Source of the DNA: Limnochordia bacterium
GTDB taxonomy: Bacteria > Bacillota > Limnochordia > DTU080
Length of the DNA: 64,000 bases
Direction: 5' to 3'
NCBI GenBank assembly: GCA_050951545.1
Contig: JBMNJG010000004.1
Span: forward strand, 256,001 to 320,000
Below the pieces are notes generated by a model, which worked only from the letters and a program-made list of their open reading frames with translations, did not search any database and was not told the DNA's origin. Below are positions 1-10,269 of the stretch, one piece after another (within the stretch, counting starts at the first letter, position 1; every line of letters begins with the position of its first letter). Made by a program: the position numbers and the translations under genes.

Positions 1-4
1 TGGT

Positions 5-502
5 TTGGCAGCGGAGATTGTCAAGGAAAGACTCAGCCAAGAGGACTGCCGCCATGGGTTTATTTTAGACGGCTTTCCCCGAACGGTGACTCAGGCCGAG
101 GACTTGGATGCAGCTCTGCGCTCAATACGGATGGCCGTCGACGCTGCGATCAACATCCAGATATCTGAGGAGGAAGCCATCCGCAGGATTGCTAACCGCA
201 GGGTCTGCGGCCAATGCGGAAGTACCGGCAATCCTGGCGCCACCGCCTGCGAGCAGTGTGGAGGGCCCTTGGTGCAACGACCAGATGACACCCCTGAGGT
301 GGCTCGTCATCGTCTCCAGGTCTATCTGGTCCAGACACAACCAGTAGTTGACTACTACAGAGAGCAGGGGCGTTTGGTTCCAGTCAACGGACTTCAGCCG
401 ATCGAGAATGTGTTCATGCAGATTTGCCAGCGACTAGCCCGAATGGGAATTGGCAGAGCAGCTAGAACTGACATCGCTGTTCCGCGCGAGGTGGGCAAAT
501 GA
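5..502 (+). CDS. adk: Adenylate kinase (5'-truncated by window edge)
   Basis: GFILDGFPRT motif, CxxC...CxxC zinc LID, QRPDD motif; directly upstream of map. Confidence 0.95.
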   Translation: MAAEIVKERLSQEDCRHGFILDGFPRTVTQAEDLDAALRSIRMAVDAAINIQISEEEAIRRIANRRVCGQCGSTGNPGATACEQCGGPLVQRPDDTPEVARHRLQVYLVQTQPVVDYYREQGRLVPVNGLQPIENVFMQICQRLARMGIGRAARTDIAVPREVGK

Positions 503-1245
503 TCTTCATTAAGTCGAGCGATGAGCTAGCTCGTATGAGACGGGCTGGCCGCACGGTAGCCAAAGCGCATGAGCTACTGGCAGAGCTTATCCGCCCGGGT
601 GTATGCACTTCCGAGCTTGACCGGGCAGTCCATAGGTTCTTTACGAAAGAAGGGGCCATCCCCTCGTTCAAGGGGTATCAGGGCTTTCCCGCCAGCATCT
701 GTACGTCAGTCAATGAAGTTGTGGTTCATGGCATACCTGGAGAGCAAGTGCTGCAAGATGGGGATATTGTTGGTATAGATATCGGAGCTATTGTTGATGG
801 CTATCATGGTGACGCGGCTGTGACCTATGGAGTGGGCGAGATAAGCACCGAAGCTCAGAGGCTGCTGGAGATTACGAAAGACGCCCTGTATCGGGGGATT
901 GCCGAAGCGCGTCTGGGCAACCGCCTCTCGGATATCTCGCATGCCGTGCAAGAGTATGCAGAGGCTGCAGGTTTCTCGGTGGTCAGGGATTTCGTCGGAC
1001 ACGGCATTGGAACGATGATGCACGAGGCACCCCAAATCCCGAACTTCGGGCCTCCCGGCCGGGGCCCGCGGCTTCGAGCTGGCATGTGCTTGGCGATTGA
1101 GCCAATGATCAATGCGGGCGCATCAGAGGTAATGGTGCTGGATGATGGATGGACAGTTGTCACTCGTGACGCGCACTTGTCGGCTCACTTTGAACACACC
1201 GTTGCGGTGACTGAAGGAGAGCCTGAGATCCTGACTATCTGCTGA
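499..1245 (+). CDS. map: Methionine aminopeptidase type I
   Basis: SICTSVNEVVVHGIP, GHGIG, AIEPM, SAHFEHT motifs. Confidence 0.97.
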   Translation: MIFIKSSDELARMRRAGRTVAKAHELLAELIRPGVCTSELDRAVHRFFTKEGAIPSFKGYQGFPASICTSVNEVVVHGIPGEQVLQDGDIVGIDIGAIVDGYHGDAAVTYGVGEISTEAQRLLEITKDALYRGIAEARLGNRLSDISHAVQEYAEAAGFSVVRDFVGHGIGTMMHEAPQIPNFGPPGRGPRLRAGMCLAIEPMINAGASEVMVLDDGWTVVTRDAHLSAHFEHTVAVTEGEPEILTIC

Positions 1246-1397
1246 AAAAGAACGGAAAGCGTGCGCACTATGGCGGCTCTGCTGTAGCGGGCGAGGGTCA
1301 TCTATGATAAAATGATTGGGTGTGCGCGTAAGACACCCTGCTTCAGAGTCGTGTATGGGTGAAAGGGTAGACCTTGGTCTTAAGGGGGTGTTCGACG

Positions 1398-1616
1398 TTG
1401 GCGAAGCAAGATGTCATTGAGCTGGAGGGCACGGTGGTCGAAGCGCTGCCAAACGCCATGTTTCGTGTAGAGTTGGATAATGGTCACGAAGTCCTGGCCC
1501 ATATTTCAGGAAAGATGCGGATGAACTTTATTCGTATTCTCCCGGGAGATACAGTGACTGTAGAGCTGTCGCCCTACGATTTGAGCCGCGGTCGTATCAC
1601 CTACCGCAAAAGATAG
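1398..1616 (+). CDS. infA: Translation initiation factor IF-1
   Basis: [25 protein letters not shown]...; TTG start at 1398 after the GGGGGTG RBS. Confidence 0.97.
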   Translation: MAKQDVIELEGTVVEALPNAMFRVELDNGHEVLAHISGKMRMNFIRILPGDTVTVELSPYDLSRGRITYRKR

Positions 1617-1663
1617 ACGGTGATTATCGCCGTTGTGAGATTCTTGGTGGGGAGGCGTCGGTT

Positions 1664-1777
1664 GTGAAGGTTCGTCCTTCCGTGAAAGCAATCTGCGACA
1701 AGTGCAGAGTCATACGTCGGAAAGGTAAAGTGCGAGTCATTTGCGAGAATCCGAAGCATAAACAGGTGCAAGGCTAA
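1664..1777 (+). CDS. rpmJ: 50S ribosomal protein L36 (absent from ORF track)
   Basis: Hand translation [37 protein letters not shown]; GGAGG RBS; lies between infA and rpsM. Confidence 0.97.
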   Translation: MKVRPSVKAICDKCRVIRRKGKVRVICENPKHKQVQG

Positions 1778-1795
1778 TAGTGGAGGTGGAAACGC

Positions 1796-2170
1796 GTGGC
1801 ACGTATTGCGGGGGTAGACCTACCGCGCGACAAGAGGCTGGAGGTCGCCCTTACCTACATCTACGGTATTGGGCCGAGCCGGTCCCGAGAGATTCTCCAG
1901 AAGACCGGAATCAGCCCAGAAACCAGGGTACGTGATCTCACAGAAGATGAGACAGCTCGCCTGCGCGAGGTCATAGACCATGAGTATATGGTTGAAGGAG
2001 ACCTACGGCGCGGGCTTCAGATGAATGTCAAACGCCTGATCGACATTGGTAGCTATAGAGGGCTTAGGCATAGGCGGGGCTTGCCCACTCGGGGTCAACG
2101 CACTCGCACGAACGCACGTACTCGTAAGGGGCCCGCACGGGCTGTAGGCACAAGGCGTAGAAGCGTGTAG
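1796..2170 (+). CDS. rpsM: 30S ribosomal protein S13
   Basis: ARIAGVDLP...[14 protein letters not shown]. Confidence 0.98.
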   Translation: MARIAGVDLPRDKRLEVALTYIYGIGPSRSREILQKTGISPETRVRDLTEDETARLREVIDHEYMVEGDLRRGLQMNVKRLIDIGSYRGLRHRRGLPTRGQRTRTNARTRKGPARAVGTRRRSV

Positions 2171-2182
2171 GAGGGAAGTTCA

Positions 2183-2578
2183 TTGGCCAGACCAAGACGA
2201 GGTGCGCGACCCAGAAGGCGGGAACGCAAGAACGTCCCTGTGGGTATCGCTCACATCAAGTCTACTTTCAATAACACGACTGTTACTATCACAGATCGGC
2301 AAGGGGCCGTCATCTCCTGGGCTACTTCAGGGACTCAGGGCTTCAAGGGTTCGCGCAAAAGCACGCCTTTCGCGGCTGGCATGGCAGCGGAAGCCGCCGG
2401 CCGGGCAGCTATGGATCACGGTATGCGCGAAGTTGAAGTCTACGTTAAAGGACCCGGCTCAGGGCGCGAGACAGCCATTCGTTCGCTGCAGGCAGTTGGC
2501 TTGGAGGTCAGTCTTATCAAAGACGTCACCCCCATTCCACACAATGGTTGTCGGCCGCCTAAGCGGCGTCGCGTGTAG
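2183..2578 (+). CDS. rpsK: 30S ribosomal protein S11
   Basis: [34 protein letters not shown]. Confidence 0.98.
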   Translation: MARPRRGARPRRRERKNVPVGIAHIKSTFNNTTVTITDRQGAVISWATSGTQGFKGSRKSTPFAAGMAAEAAGRAAMDHGMREVEVYVKGPGSGRETAIRSLQAVGLEVSLIKDVTPIPHNGCRPPKRRRV

Positions 2579-2618
2579 GTAACGGTTCGATATTGGCAGG
2601 AGGTGTGATACAGGCAAT

Positions 2619-3245
2619 ATGGCACGATACAAAGATGCTGTGTGTCGGCTTTGCAGACGAGAAGGCGAGAAACTCTTTCTAAAGGGCGAGAAGTGCTACG
2701 CCGATAAGTGTCCTGTTGAGAGGCGTTCGTATCCGCCAGGACAGCATGGGCAGGGACGCAAAAAGGTATCTGAGTACGGGCTTCACCTGCGTGAGAAGCA
2801 GAAGCTACGCCGCATGTACGGTGTGCTCGAGCGGCAGTTCGCGCGTTATTTTGACGTGGCCAACAGGCGCCAAGGCGTGACGGGCGAAAACCTGCTGCAG
2901 ATTCTCGAGTGCAGACTTGATAACATTGTCTACCGCATGGGGTATGCTCCGTCGCGTACGGCGGCGCGTCAGCTTGTCATGCACGGACACATCCGGGTAA
3001 ATGGACGCAAAGTAGATATCCCGTCGTATGAAGTGCGGGCTGGAGATACTATCTCTGTCAAGGAAAGCAGCCGGAATATACCGATGGTGAAAAGTAGCGT
3101 CGAAGCCGCTGCATCGAGGGGTATCCCGAACTGGCTAGAGGTTGACTGGGAGCAGCAGTCTGGAAGAGTACTCAGCGTTCCGACGCGTGAGCAGATCGAC
3201 CTGGCCATTCAGGAGCACTTGATCGTGGAGCACTACTCTCGTTAG
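2619..3245 (+). CDS. rpsD: 30S ribosomal protein S4 (Cys-containing zinc type)
   Basis: MARY...[29 protein letters not shown]. Confidence 0.98.
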   Translation: MARYKDAVCRLCRREGEKLFLKGEKCYADKCPVERRSYPPGQHGQGRKKVSEYGLHLREKQKLRRMYGVLERQFARYFDVANRRQGVTGENLLQILECRLDNIVYRMGYAPSRTAARQLVMHGHIRVNGRKVDIPSYEVRAGDTISVKESSRNIPMVKSSVEAAASRGIPNWLEVDWEQQSGRVLSVPTREQIDLAIQEHLIVEHYSR

Positions 3246-3339
3246 TCTCGGCAGCCACTCACCTACGAGGCCAGCCAGGGACGGTTGGCGCCGCTAGACT
3301 CGGCGTCATTAGATGGACGTTGGAAGGGGGTCTTAGGCG

Positions 3340-4281
3340 ATGCTTGAGATTGAGAAGCCGAGAATCGAGACTGCGGAGCTTGACGGGGATTACGGCAAAT
3401 TCGTCGTGGAACCTCTCGAACGAGGCTACGGCATTACGCTTGGCAATTCGCTACGGCGCATTCTGCTGTCCTCGCTACCTGGGGCCGCGGTAACCGCGAT
3501 CAAGATTGACGGTGTGTTGCATGAGTTCTCAACCATTCCCGGCGTTGTGGAGGATACTACGGATATCGTTTTGAACCTCAAGAACCTGCTTGTGAAGGTG
3601 CACAGTGACGAGCCTGTCACGGCGCGCATCGTTGCATCGCAAGAGTGCGAGGTTCGTGCGGGAGATATCGAGATTCCGAGTCAAGTGGAGATCCTGAATC
3701 CTGACCTCCACATAGCTACTCTAGATCGTGGCGGACGGCTCGAGTTAGAGATGACTCTGGAGCGCGGAAGAGGTTACGTCGCAGCTGAGCGCAACAAGAG
3801 TGCGAATCATTCCATCGGCGTGATTCCGATCGACTCGATCTTCAGTCCTGTCACCAGAGTAAACTACACAGTGGAAGATACTCGGGTGGGGCAACGCACT
3901 GATTTCGACCGTCTTATCCTTGAGGTTTGGACGGATGGCAGCATAGCCCCCAATGAGGCAGTCAGTCTTTCGGCCAAAATCTTGATTGAGCATCTGCGGT
4001 TGTTCATGAATCTGACCGAGAATGCGAGCGATCTGGAGATCATGGTAGAGAAAGAGGAGGAGCAGAAGGATCGCTTGATGGAGATGACCATCGAGGAGCT
4101 TGATCTATCTGTCCGATCCTACAACTGCCTCAAGCGGGCGGGAATCAACACTGTGGAGGAACTCACGCGCCGCACTGAGGAAGATATGATGAAGGTACGC
4201 AATCTAGGAAAGAAGTCGTTGCAGGAAGTGAAAGAGAAACTCGCGGCCCTGAGCCTGTCCTTGCGGGAGTCGGACGATTAG
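3340..4281 (+). CDS. rpoA: RNA polymerase alpha subunit
   Basis: [22 protein letters not shown]; alpha-[21 protein letters not shown]. Confidence 0.98.
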   Translation: MLEIEKPRIETAELDGDYGKFVVEPLERGYGITLGNSLRRILLSSLPGAAVTAIKIDGVLHEFSTIPGVVEDTTDIVLNLKNLLVKVHSDEPVTARIVASQECEVRAGDIEIPSQVEILNPDLHIATLDRGGRLELEMTLERGRGYVAAERNKSANHSIGVIPIDSIFSPVTRVNYTVEDTRVGQRTDFDRLILEVWTDGSIAPNEAVSLSAKILIEHLRLFMNLTENASDLEIMVEKEEEQKDRLMEMTIEELDLSVRSYNCLKRAGINTVEELTRRTEEDMMKVRNLGKKSLQEVKEKLAALSLSLRESDD

Positions 4282-4362
4282 GCTTTCTGGAGAAGGCTCG
4301 GCAGGAAGATGGTTCGCCGTGGGGCCTTATGTAACTACGGTTTGCTGGGAGGTTTCTTTAGT

Positions 4363-4701
4363 ATGAGGCAGCACAAGTTGGGCCGTACCCAGGCTCACAG
4401 GCGTGCCCTTTTCCGCAGCCTGGTAACTGCGGTGGTGCTCAATGGAAGAATTCAGACCACCGAAAGCAAGGCGAAAGCGGTCAAGCCATTGGTGGATCAG
4501 ATGGTCACCTTGGGAAAACGTGGCGACCTGCATGCCCGACGACAGGCGGCCGCTTTTTTGACCAAACCTGAGGCAGTCCAGAAGCTGTTCGATGATGTCG
4601 CGCCAAAATACGCTGAGCGCAACGGCGGTTACACTCGGGTGCTCAAGCTTGATGTCCGTCGAGGTGACGCTGCGCCACTTGCACTGGTGGAGTTGGTGTA
4701 G
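4363..4701 (+). CDS. rplQ: 50S ribosomal protein L17
   Basis: [12 protein letters not shown]...[10 protein letters not shown]...RRGDAA; ATG at 4363 after GGGAGG. Confidence 0.97.
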   Translation: MRQHKLGRTQAHRRALFRSLVTAVVLNGRIQTTESKAKAVKPLVDQMVTLGKRGDLHARRQAAAFLTKPEAVQKLFDDVAPKYAERNGGYTRVLKLDVRRGDAAPLALVELV

Positions 4702-4825
4702 CGGTCACCGCCGCTTGCTGGTCAGGGGCGCGGGGATTCTCTTCGCGCTCCTTTTCTGTGTCTAAGGGCGCCGACATGCCCGCAGCAGCATAACGTGATT
4801 TACAGGGAAGATCGGATGATGCACT

Positions 4826-7012
4826 GTGCTCATGCGCCTGCGAAATGTGTCTTTCCGCCACCCAGGTGACAGGAGACCTGTACTGTCAGATGTGAACCTG
4901 AGCGTAGAGCGCGGAGAGTGGGTGAGCGTCGTTGGCCCCACTGGCAGTGGCAAGTCGACATTGGGGCGCCTATGCGCCGGATTGCTCGTCCCTGATCGAG
5001 GACACGTCCACAGACACGATGGGCTCCGCGTTGGTTGGATGCCTCAGGATGCCACCGACGCTATCGTGGCCTCGACAGTAGGCGAGGACGTGGCCTTTGG
5101 TCCCGCCAATCTCGGTCTGCGTGGCGCGGAGCTGGAAGCCCGAGTGCTGGAGAGCCTGCTTGCCGTCGGTCTTGACGCAACGTATGTAGAACGCGACCCA
5201 CTCTCCTTGTCGGGCGGGGAGTGTCAACGCGTGGTCCTTGCCGGGTTGCTGGCCATGCAACCGTCACTGCTCATTCTAGATGAACCCACCGGCATGTTGG
5301 ATGGACCGTCGCGCCGGATCTTCCTGAGTACCCTTAGTAAAGCCATCGCCACACACGGTCTCGCAGTTATCTGCATCACGCATGACCTACATGAAGCTGG
5401 ATGTGCCTCTCGAGTCGTCGCCATTCAAGAGGGGCGAGTCATCAACGAGGGGACACCCGAGCGAGTCTTGTCTTCGTCCTCGGTAAGGGCCGCGTTGCAT
5501 GGGCGCGTAGGTGCCCTGTGTGACTCACCAGTATCCTGCAACGGGCCAGTCAGGCCCGTGGAGGTGCAGCTTGCTCTCTCCAGTTTTTCCTATAGTTCAC
5601 TGGCGGGTTCGGGTGAGGTCCTTAAGGATGTGTCGCTTCGTATCCGCCCAGGCGCCAAGGTGGCTATTACCGGAAGATCCGGAGCAGGCAAGAGCACACT
5701 CCTGCTCGCGGTGGCTGGGCTTCTGAAGGTAGACGATGGTGTTCTGTCGTATGGTAGCCGGGTGATCAGTGATAACGCTGATAGGCGCTGGCTACGAAGC
5801 CAAGTGGGTATAGCCCTGCAGCACCCAGAGCGGCAGCTGTTTGCGGACTCAGTATGGAATGAGGTGATGTTCGGTCCGCTGAATCTCGGCGAGAACCGTT
5901 CGGAAGCTCAACAGCTGGCTGATATGGCCATGCGCTGTGCTGGCCTAGATCCTGATGTGCTGGGCCCGCGTAGCCCGTTCGCGCTGAGTGGCGGTGAGCA
6001 GCGGCAGGTGGCTCTGGCGTCTGTCTTGGCCACCAAATCGCCTTTGCTCATTCTGGATGAGCCTACTGCTGGGCTGCATCAGGGGGCCGCTAAGCAGATC
6101 ATGTGCTCCATCGATCACTATCTGCAGAGCACAGGAGCTTCGTGCTGTATAGCTACGCACGATCTGGAGCTGGCCCAGGCTTGGGCTGATGAGCATCAGG
6201 TGTTACGTGCCGAAGGGAGAGGCGCGCGCACCAGGCGCCAGCGGCCATTTTACGCTGAGGCTCACAGTACACCATCGCCTATGCAGAATCTGGACCCGCG
6301 GGCCACGATCTTGGCCACTAGCTTGCTTGCACTGGCGGCGACTGTGATTGACAGCTGGCGAGGCTGGTTTGTCCTGGTGGGTGGTCTCGTTCTGATCTAC
6401 GGCGTGGCGCGTGTATCGCTGATGTCCTTCTCCCGCCTTGTGCGTCCCTTTCTGCCGCTGGCTTGCGTGGCCGTGCTGCTGAGCAACGAGGGGAGCGGGG
6501 GGAGCCCCCTGGCGAACCTAGGGAGTTGGGTTTATAGCACAGCAGACCTCAAGGCTGGTCTATGGTCAGCGGCGAAGATGCTTTTGCTGGTCAGTAGCGT
6601 TGGTTGGCTGACACTCACTACCGCTCCAAGGCGCCTTGTGGAAGGGCTGCGTCTTTTGGTGCGCTTCGTCCCTGGCGTGGATGAAGATCGTCTTGGTATG
6701 GGCATCTTAGTTGCCTTTCGGTTTGTGCCCATCGTAAGAACCGAAGCAAAATGGCTCCGTCTGGCGCAGACCGCCCGCGGGGCGGATCTGCAGAAGGGCG
6801 TGGTTGGGGTCTACCGTAGACTAGTCAGCACGGTAGTGCCGCTCTTGGCAGGTGTCTGGCGTCGAGCGGATGCTTTGGCAGAAGCTCTGGTCATGCGCGG
6901 CTACGGAGCGCATCGCTCTAATGATGATTCGCAGGGTCTGGGGCGCGATGAGCTGTTGCTGTTGGTTGGGGTGCTCACGCTAATGCTCGTGTCAGTTCTG
7001 CTGGATGGGTGA
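4826..7012 (+). CDS. Fused ECF transporter: ATPase A + ATPase A' + transmembrane T component
   Basis: Two Walker A (GPTGSGKS, GRSGAGKS), two LSGGE and two LILDEP motifs, then an EcfT-like part (LDPR...AQTARG...MRGY); occupies the ecfAA'T position between rplQ and truA. Confidence 0.85.
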   Translation: MLMRLRNVSFRHPGDRRPVLSDVNLSVERGEWVSVVGPTGSGKSTLGRLCAGLLVPDRGHVHRHDGLRVGWMPQDATDAIVASTVGEDVAFGPANLGLRGAELEARVLESLLAVGLDATYVERDPLSLSGGECQRVVLAGLLAMQPSLLILDEPTGMLDGPSRRIFLSTLSKAIATHGLAVICITHDLHEAGCASRVVAIQEGRVINEGTPERVLSSSSVRAALHGRVGALCDSPVSCNGPVRPVEVQLALSSFSYSSLAGSGEVLKDVSLRIRPGAKVAITGRSGAGKSTLLLAVAGLLKVDDGVLSYGSRVISDNADRRWLRSQVGIALQHPERQLFADSVWNEVMFGPLNLGENRSEAQQLADMAMRCAGLDPDVLGPRSPFALSGGEQRQVALASVLATKSPLLILDEPTAGLHQGAAKQIMCSIDHYLQSTGASCCIATHDLELAQAWADEHQVLRAEGRGARTRRQRPFYAEAHSTPSPMQNLDPRATILATSLLALAATVIDSWRGWFVLVGGLVLIYGVARVSLMSFSRLVRPFLPLACVAVLLSNEGSGGSPLANLGSWVYSTADLKAGLWSAAKMLLLVSSVGWLTLTTAPRRLVEGLRLLVRFVPGVDEDRLGMGILVAFRFVPIVRTEAKWLRLAQTARGADLQKGVVGVYRRLVSTVVPLLAGVWRRADALAEALVMRGYGAHRSNDDSQGLGRDELLLLVGVLTLMLVSVLLDG

Positions 7013-7791
7013 TGTTGTTGCGTAACATCAAGCTAACGCTTTCGTATGATGGTACGGCCTACCGGGGGTTTCAGGATCAGGGGCCAGGTGTGCCGACCAT
7101 CCAGGGGACCCTGGAGGCGGCGGTGCACAAGCTCACCGGCGAGCGCCTGCGCATCACGGGCGCTGGACGAACAGACGCTGGGGTGCATGCTCTGGGCCAG
7201 GTTGTCAACATACGCACCGAGGGGAGCATTCCGGTCGAGCGCTGGCCCTACGCCCTCAACGCGGTACTGCCTCGAGATATTGTGGTGCGTGATGCCTGCT
7301 TGGTGTCTCCTGCGTTCCATGCTCGGCTCTGTGCGATGAGGAAGCACTATCGGTATACGATTGACAATGGCCCTTTCCCATGCGTTTTTTTGCGGCATTA
7401 CGCGTATCGGGCCCATCGCACGCTCGACGTGGATGCTATGGCCGCGGCAGCTCGGTTGCTCGAAGGGAAGCATGATTTTGCCGCTTTTCGTGCTGTGGGC
7501 AGCAGCAGTGAAAGCAGCGTGCGAACCTTGTACGAGCTACGCGTGGAACGCCATGGCGACATGATTCATGTTACGGCTTGCGCTGACGGCTTCCTGTACA
7601 ACATGGTGCGTATCCTTGTCGGGACGCTCTTGGAAGTAGGGAAGGCGAAACAGCCACCGAAGTGGGTCAGTGGGCTTCTAGCGAGTGGTAAGCGTCAGTT
7701 GGCAGGTGAGACTGTGCCCGGATTGGGGTTATGTCTCTTAGCGGTTGACTACGAACCACAAGCGAGCTCAACAACTGATAGTCCGAGGTGA
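7009..7791 (+). CDS. truA: tRNA pseudouridine(38-40) synthase
   Basis: YDGT, GAGRTDAGVHA, FLYNMVR motifs. Confidence 0.96.
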   Translation: MMLLRNIKLTLSYDGTAYRGFQDQGPGVPTIQGTLEAAVHKLTGERLRITGAGRTDAGVHALGQVVNIRTEGSIPVERWPYALNAVLPRDIVVRDACLVSPAFHARLCAMRKHYRYTIDNGPFPCVFLRHYAYRAHRTLDVDAMAAAARLLEGKHDFAAFRAVGSSSESSVRTLYELRVERHGDMIHVTACADGFLYNMVRILVGTLLEVGKAKQPPKWVSGLLASGKRQLAGETVPGLGLCLLAVDYEPQASSTTDSPR

Positions 7792-7792
7792 G

Positions 7793-9091
7793 ATGATGAT
7801 TCAGTCAGGATTTGCTATAACCGATATCACCCCACCCGTGGGCGCCTGCATCCCGGGCGGTTTCTCTCCGATTGTGTCAACTGGGATAAATGACCCTTTG
7901 CGCGTCCGCGCTGCGGTGATTTGTGATGATACCACAGCGCTAGCTCTGGTGGGGGTGGACGCGGTCTCTCTGTCTACAGAGGACGTGCTGCAAGCACGGC
8001 AGCAAGCGGAAGCCCTTTGCGCCATTCCAGCAGCGAGCATCATTATCGCAGCCAGTCACACGCACACCGGAGGCTCCGCCAACGATGTGCTAGGCACTCC
8101 GTCCGACACTCACTACCGACAGCACATCGTGCAGCAAATCGCCAGTGCTATCGCTTTGGCGCATGCAAGACGCGTTCCATGCGAGCTAGGATGGGGTGTA
8201 GGCGAGGCGTCCGGTCTGGCCTGGAATCGCCGCTGGGTGCTGAAAGACGGTCGGCATGCTACTCATGCAGACCCCAGTAATGAAGAGGTCATCGGGCGAG
8301 CGGGTCCTGATGATCCCCAGGTTGTACTGCTTGCAGCACGCGATCTTGATGGCCATGTGCTCGGCTTTGTGGGCAATTTCGCTTGCCATTGCACTTTGCG
8401 AGGGGGAAGGGCCTTTTCCGCTGACTATCCAGGTGCGTGGAACGATCAGCTCGAGCGATTCACCGGGGCGCCATTAGTCTTCCTTAACGGTGCCATGGGG
8501 GATGTCACCCAGATCAACCGTGATGCAGGCTTTGCCTACCCACAGAAAGGCGAGCCAGTTATCCGGCGTTTTGCGCACAAGCTCACTGGTGAGTCGCTGA
8601 AGCTCTTGGCAGATATGCATTTCACCGGTGACGCATCGTTGACCATCGCCACTGAAATCATCGAGATGCCATTCCGTGTTCCTGATGCTATACAGCTGGC
8701 ACAGGACCGAAAGATGCTCGAGGCAGCAGCCCCGAGCGACCACTCGCGTGATGTGGTCTTTGCTCGTGAGCGCCTGCTGTTGCAGGAGTACATAGAGCAG
8801 CATGGTACTGCGCGATGTGAGGTCATCTGCATGCGCATTGGCGACCTGGCGATCACATCGAGTCCGGGGCAGATGTTCTGCTCGTTCGGGTTAGACATGA
8901 AGAAGCAATCACCGTTCTCAGCGACGATGGTGGTCTCGCTCGCCAATGGCAACATCGGTTACGTGCCCACCGCTGAGGCCATCGCCAAGGGCGGCTACGA
9001 GCCTACTCTGTGCCGCGGGAGCCGCTCTGTGCCGGAAGCTGGCGACCGCATTGTGGCAGTTTCAAGTCGCCTACTCAGGAAGCTTGCCTAA
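7793..9091 (+). CDS. Neutral/alkaline ceramidase N-terminal-domain-like hydrolase
   Basis: G-x-A-x-x-DITPP, DPL-x-VRA, ASHTHTG, NFACH, SADYPG, NG-x-x-GYVPT motifs; ATG at 7793 after GAGGTG. Confidence 0.7.
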   Translation: MMIQSGFAITDITPPVGACIPGGFSPIVSTGINDPLRVRAAVICDDTTALALVGVDAVSLSTEDVLQARQQAEALCAIPAASIIIAASHTHTGGSANDVLGTPSDTHYRQHIVQQIASAIALAHARRVPCELGWGVGEASGLAWNRRWVLKDGRHATHADPSNEEVIGRAGPDDPQVVLLAARDLDGHVLGFVGNFACHCTLRGGRAFSADYPGAWNDQLERFTGAPLVFLNGAMGDVTQINRDAGFAYPQKGEPVIRRFAHKLTGESLKLLADMHFTGDASLTIATEIIEMPFRVPDAIQLAQDRKMLEAAAPSDHSRDVVFARERLLLQEYIEQHGTARCEVICMRIGDLAITSSPGQMFCSFGLDMKKQSPFSATMVVSLANGNIGYVPTAEAIAKGGYEPTLCRGSRSVPEAGDRIVAVSSRLLRKLA

Positions 9092-9286
9092 AGTGCCTCG
9101 TATCGCGCTCTCGGTGCTCTTGCAGGCTTGACTAGCTCGGTTCATTGCTCTAGAATGGACTGTGGTTTCGTATAGCTCAAGCAACGAGGAAGACGGTCCC
9201 CCCGCTGGCCGCCTCCTGCCGAGCTTGGCAAAACGGCTTGTGTACCATATGGGCAGGGAAATCGCCCAGCTTTGGGAGGATGGCAC

Positions 9287-9730
9287 ATGCAACAGCGGAC
9301 CTTCATGGCGAAGGAAGCTGATCTAGACAAGACATGGTATGTGATTGATGCCGCTGGTCAGCGACTGGGCCGCTTGGCTACTCAAGTGGCAAAGGTGTTG
9401 CGGGGTAAGCATAAGCCAGAGTTTACTCCGCACATTGACAGTGGTGACTACGTGATCGTCATCAACGCTGATAAAGTTGAGCTTACAGGCAACAAACTCC
9501 AAAAAAAGATATACTATCGACACAGTCAGTATCCGGGTGGCTTAAGGACACGGCCAGCATCTGATATGCTAGCTAGGCATCCGGAAAAGGTCATCGAACT
9601 GGCTGTGCGGGGTATGCTTCCGCACAACTGCCTGGGTCGGCGTCAGTTAAGCAAGCTGAAGGTATACGCTGGACCCAATCATCCACATGCAGCGCAGCAA
9701 CCGCAGCCTTTGGTGGCCGAGGGGAGGTAA
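9287..9730 (+). CDS. rplM: 50S ribosomal protein L13
   Basis: WYVIDAAG...[14 protein letters not shown]...HPHAAQQP. Confidence 0.98.
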   Translation: MQQRTFMAKEADLDKTWYVIDAAGQRLGRLATQVAKVLRGKHKPEFTPHIDSGDYVIVINADKVELTGNKLQKKIYYRHSQYPGGLRTRPASDMLARHPEKVIELAVRGMLPHNCLGRRQLSKLKVYAGPNHPHAAQQPQPLVAEGR

Positions 9731-9736
9731 CAGATT

Positions 9737-10138
9737 TTGGCGGTACCTGTAGTTGATCAATACTCGAGTTCCGGACGCCGCAAGACAGCAGTCGCGCGTG
9801 TCAGGATCAAACCCGGTAGTGGCCGCATCCAGATCAATGGCCGTGAGCTAGATGCCTACTTCGGTCGTCCCACTCTACAGTTGGTCGTGCGTACCCCCCT
9901 GCAGGTAGCTGGGGTAGAGGGTCAGTACGATGTCATCGCGAGTGTGCATGGCGGAGGGCTGGCAGGACAGGCGGGCGCTGTGCGACATGGCATCGCGCGA
10001 GCCTTGCTCGAGGTAGACGAAGAGATGCGCAAGCCTCTCAAAGTCGCTGGCTTGCTTACGCGCGATCCGCGCATGAAAGAGCGTGTCAAGTACGGTCTCA
10101 AGAAGGCCCGTAAGGCACCTCAGTTCTCCAAGCGCTAA
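9737..10138 (+). CDS. rpsI: 30S ribosomal protein S9
   Basis: [10 protein letters not shown]...[12 protein letters not shown]. Confidence 0.98.
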   Translation: MAVPVVDQYSSSGRRKTAVARVRIKPGSGRIQINGRELDAYFGRPTLQLVVRTPLQVAGVEGQYDVIASVHGGGLAGQAGAVRHGIARALLEVDEEMRKPLKVAGLLTRDPRMKERVKYGLKKARKAPQFSKR

Positions 10139-10269
10139 TACGTACACTAGCTGCACCTACGCAAGCGAAAGTGGGCAGCTGTGAAGAAGATATCAGGCCC
10201 GGGCGATGTCCCGGGCCTTGTGTCCCGCGTGACACGTTACGAAAGCTGCAGTGGCGGCAGAAGTGGCAG

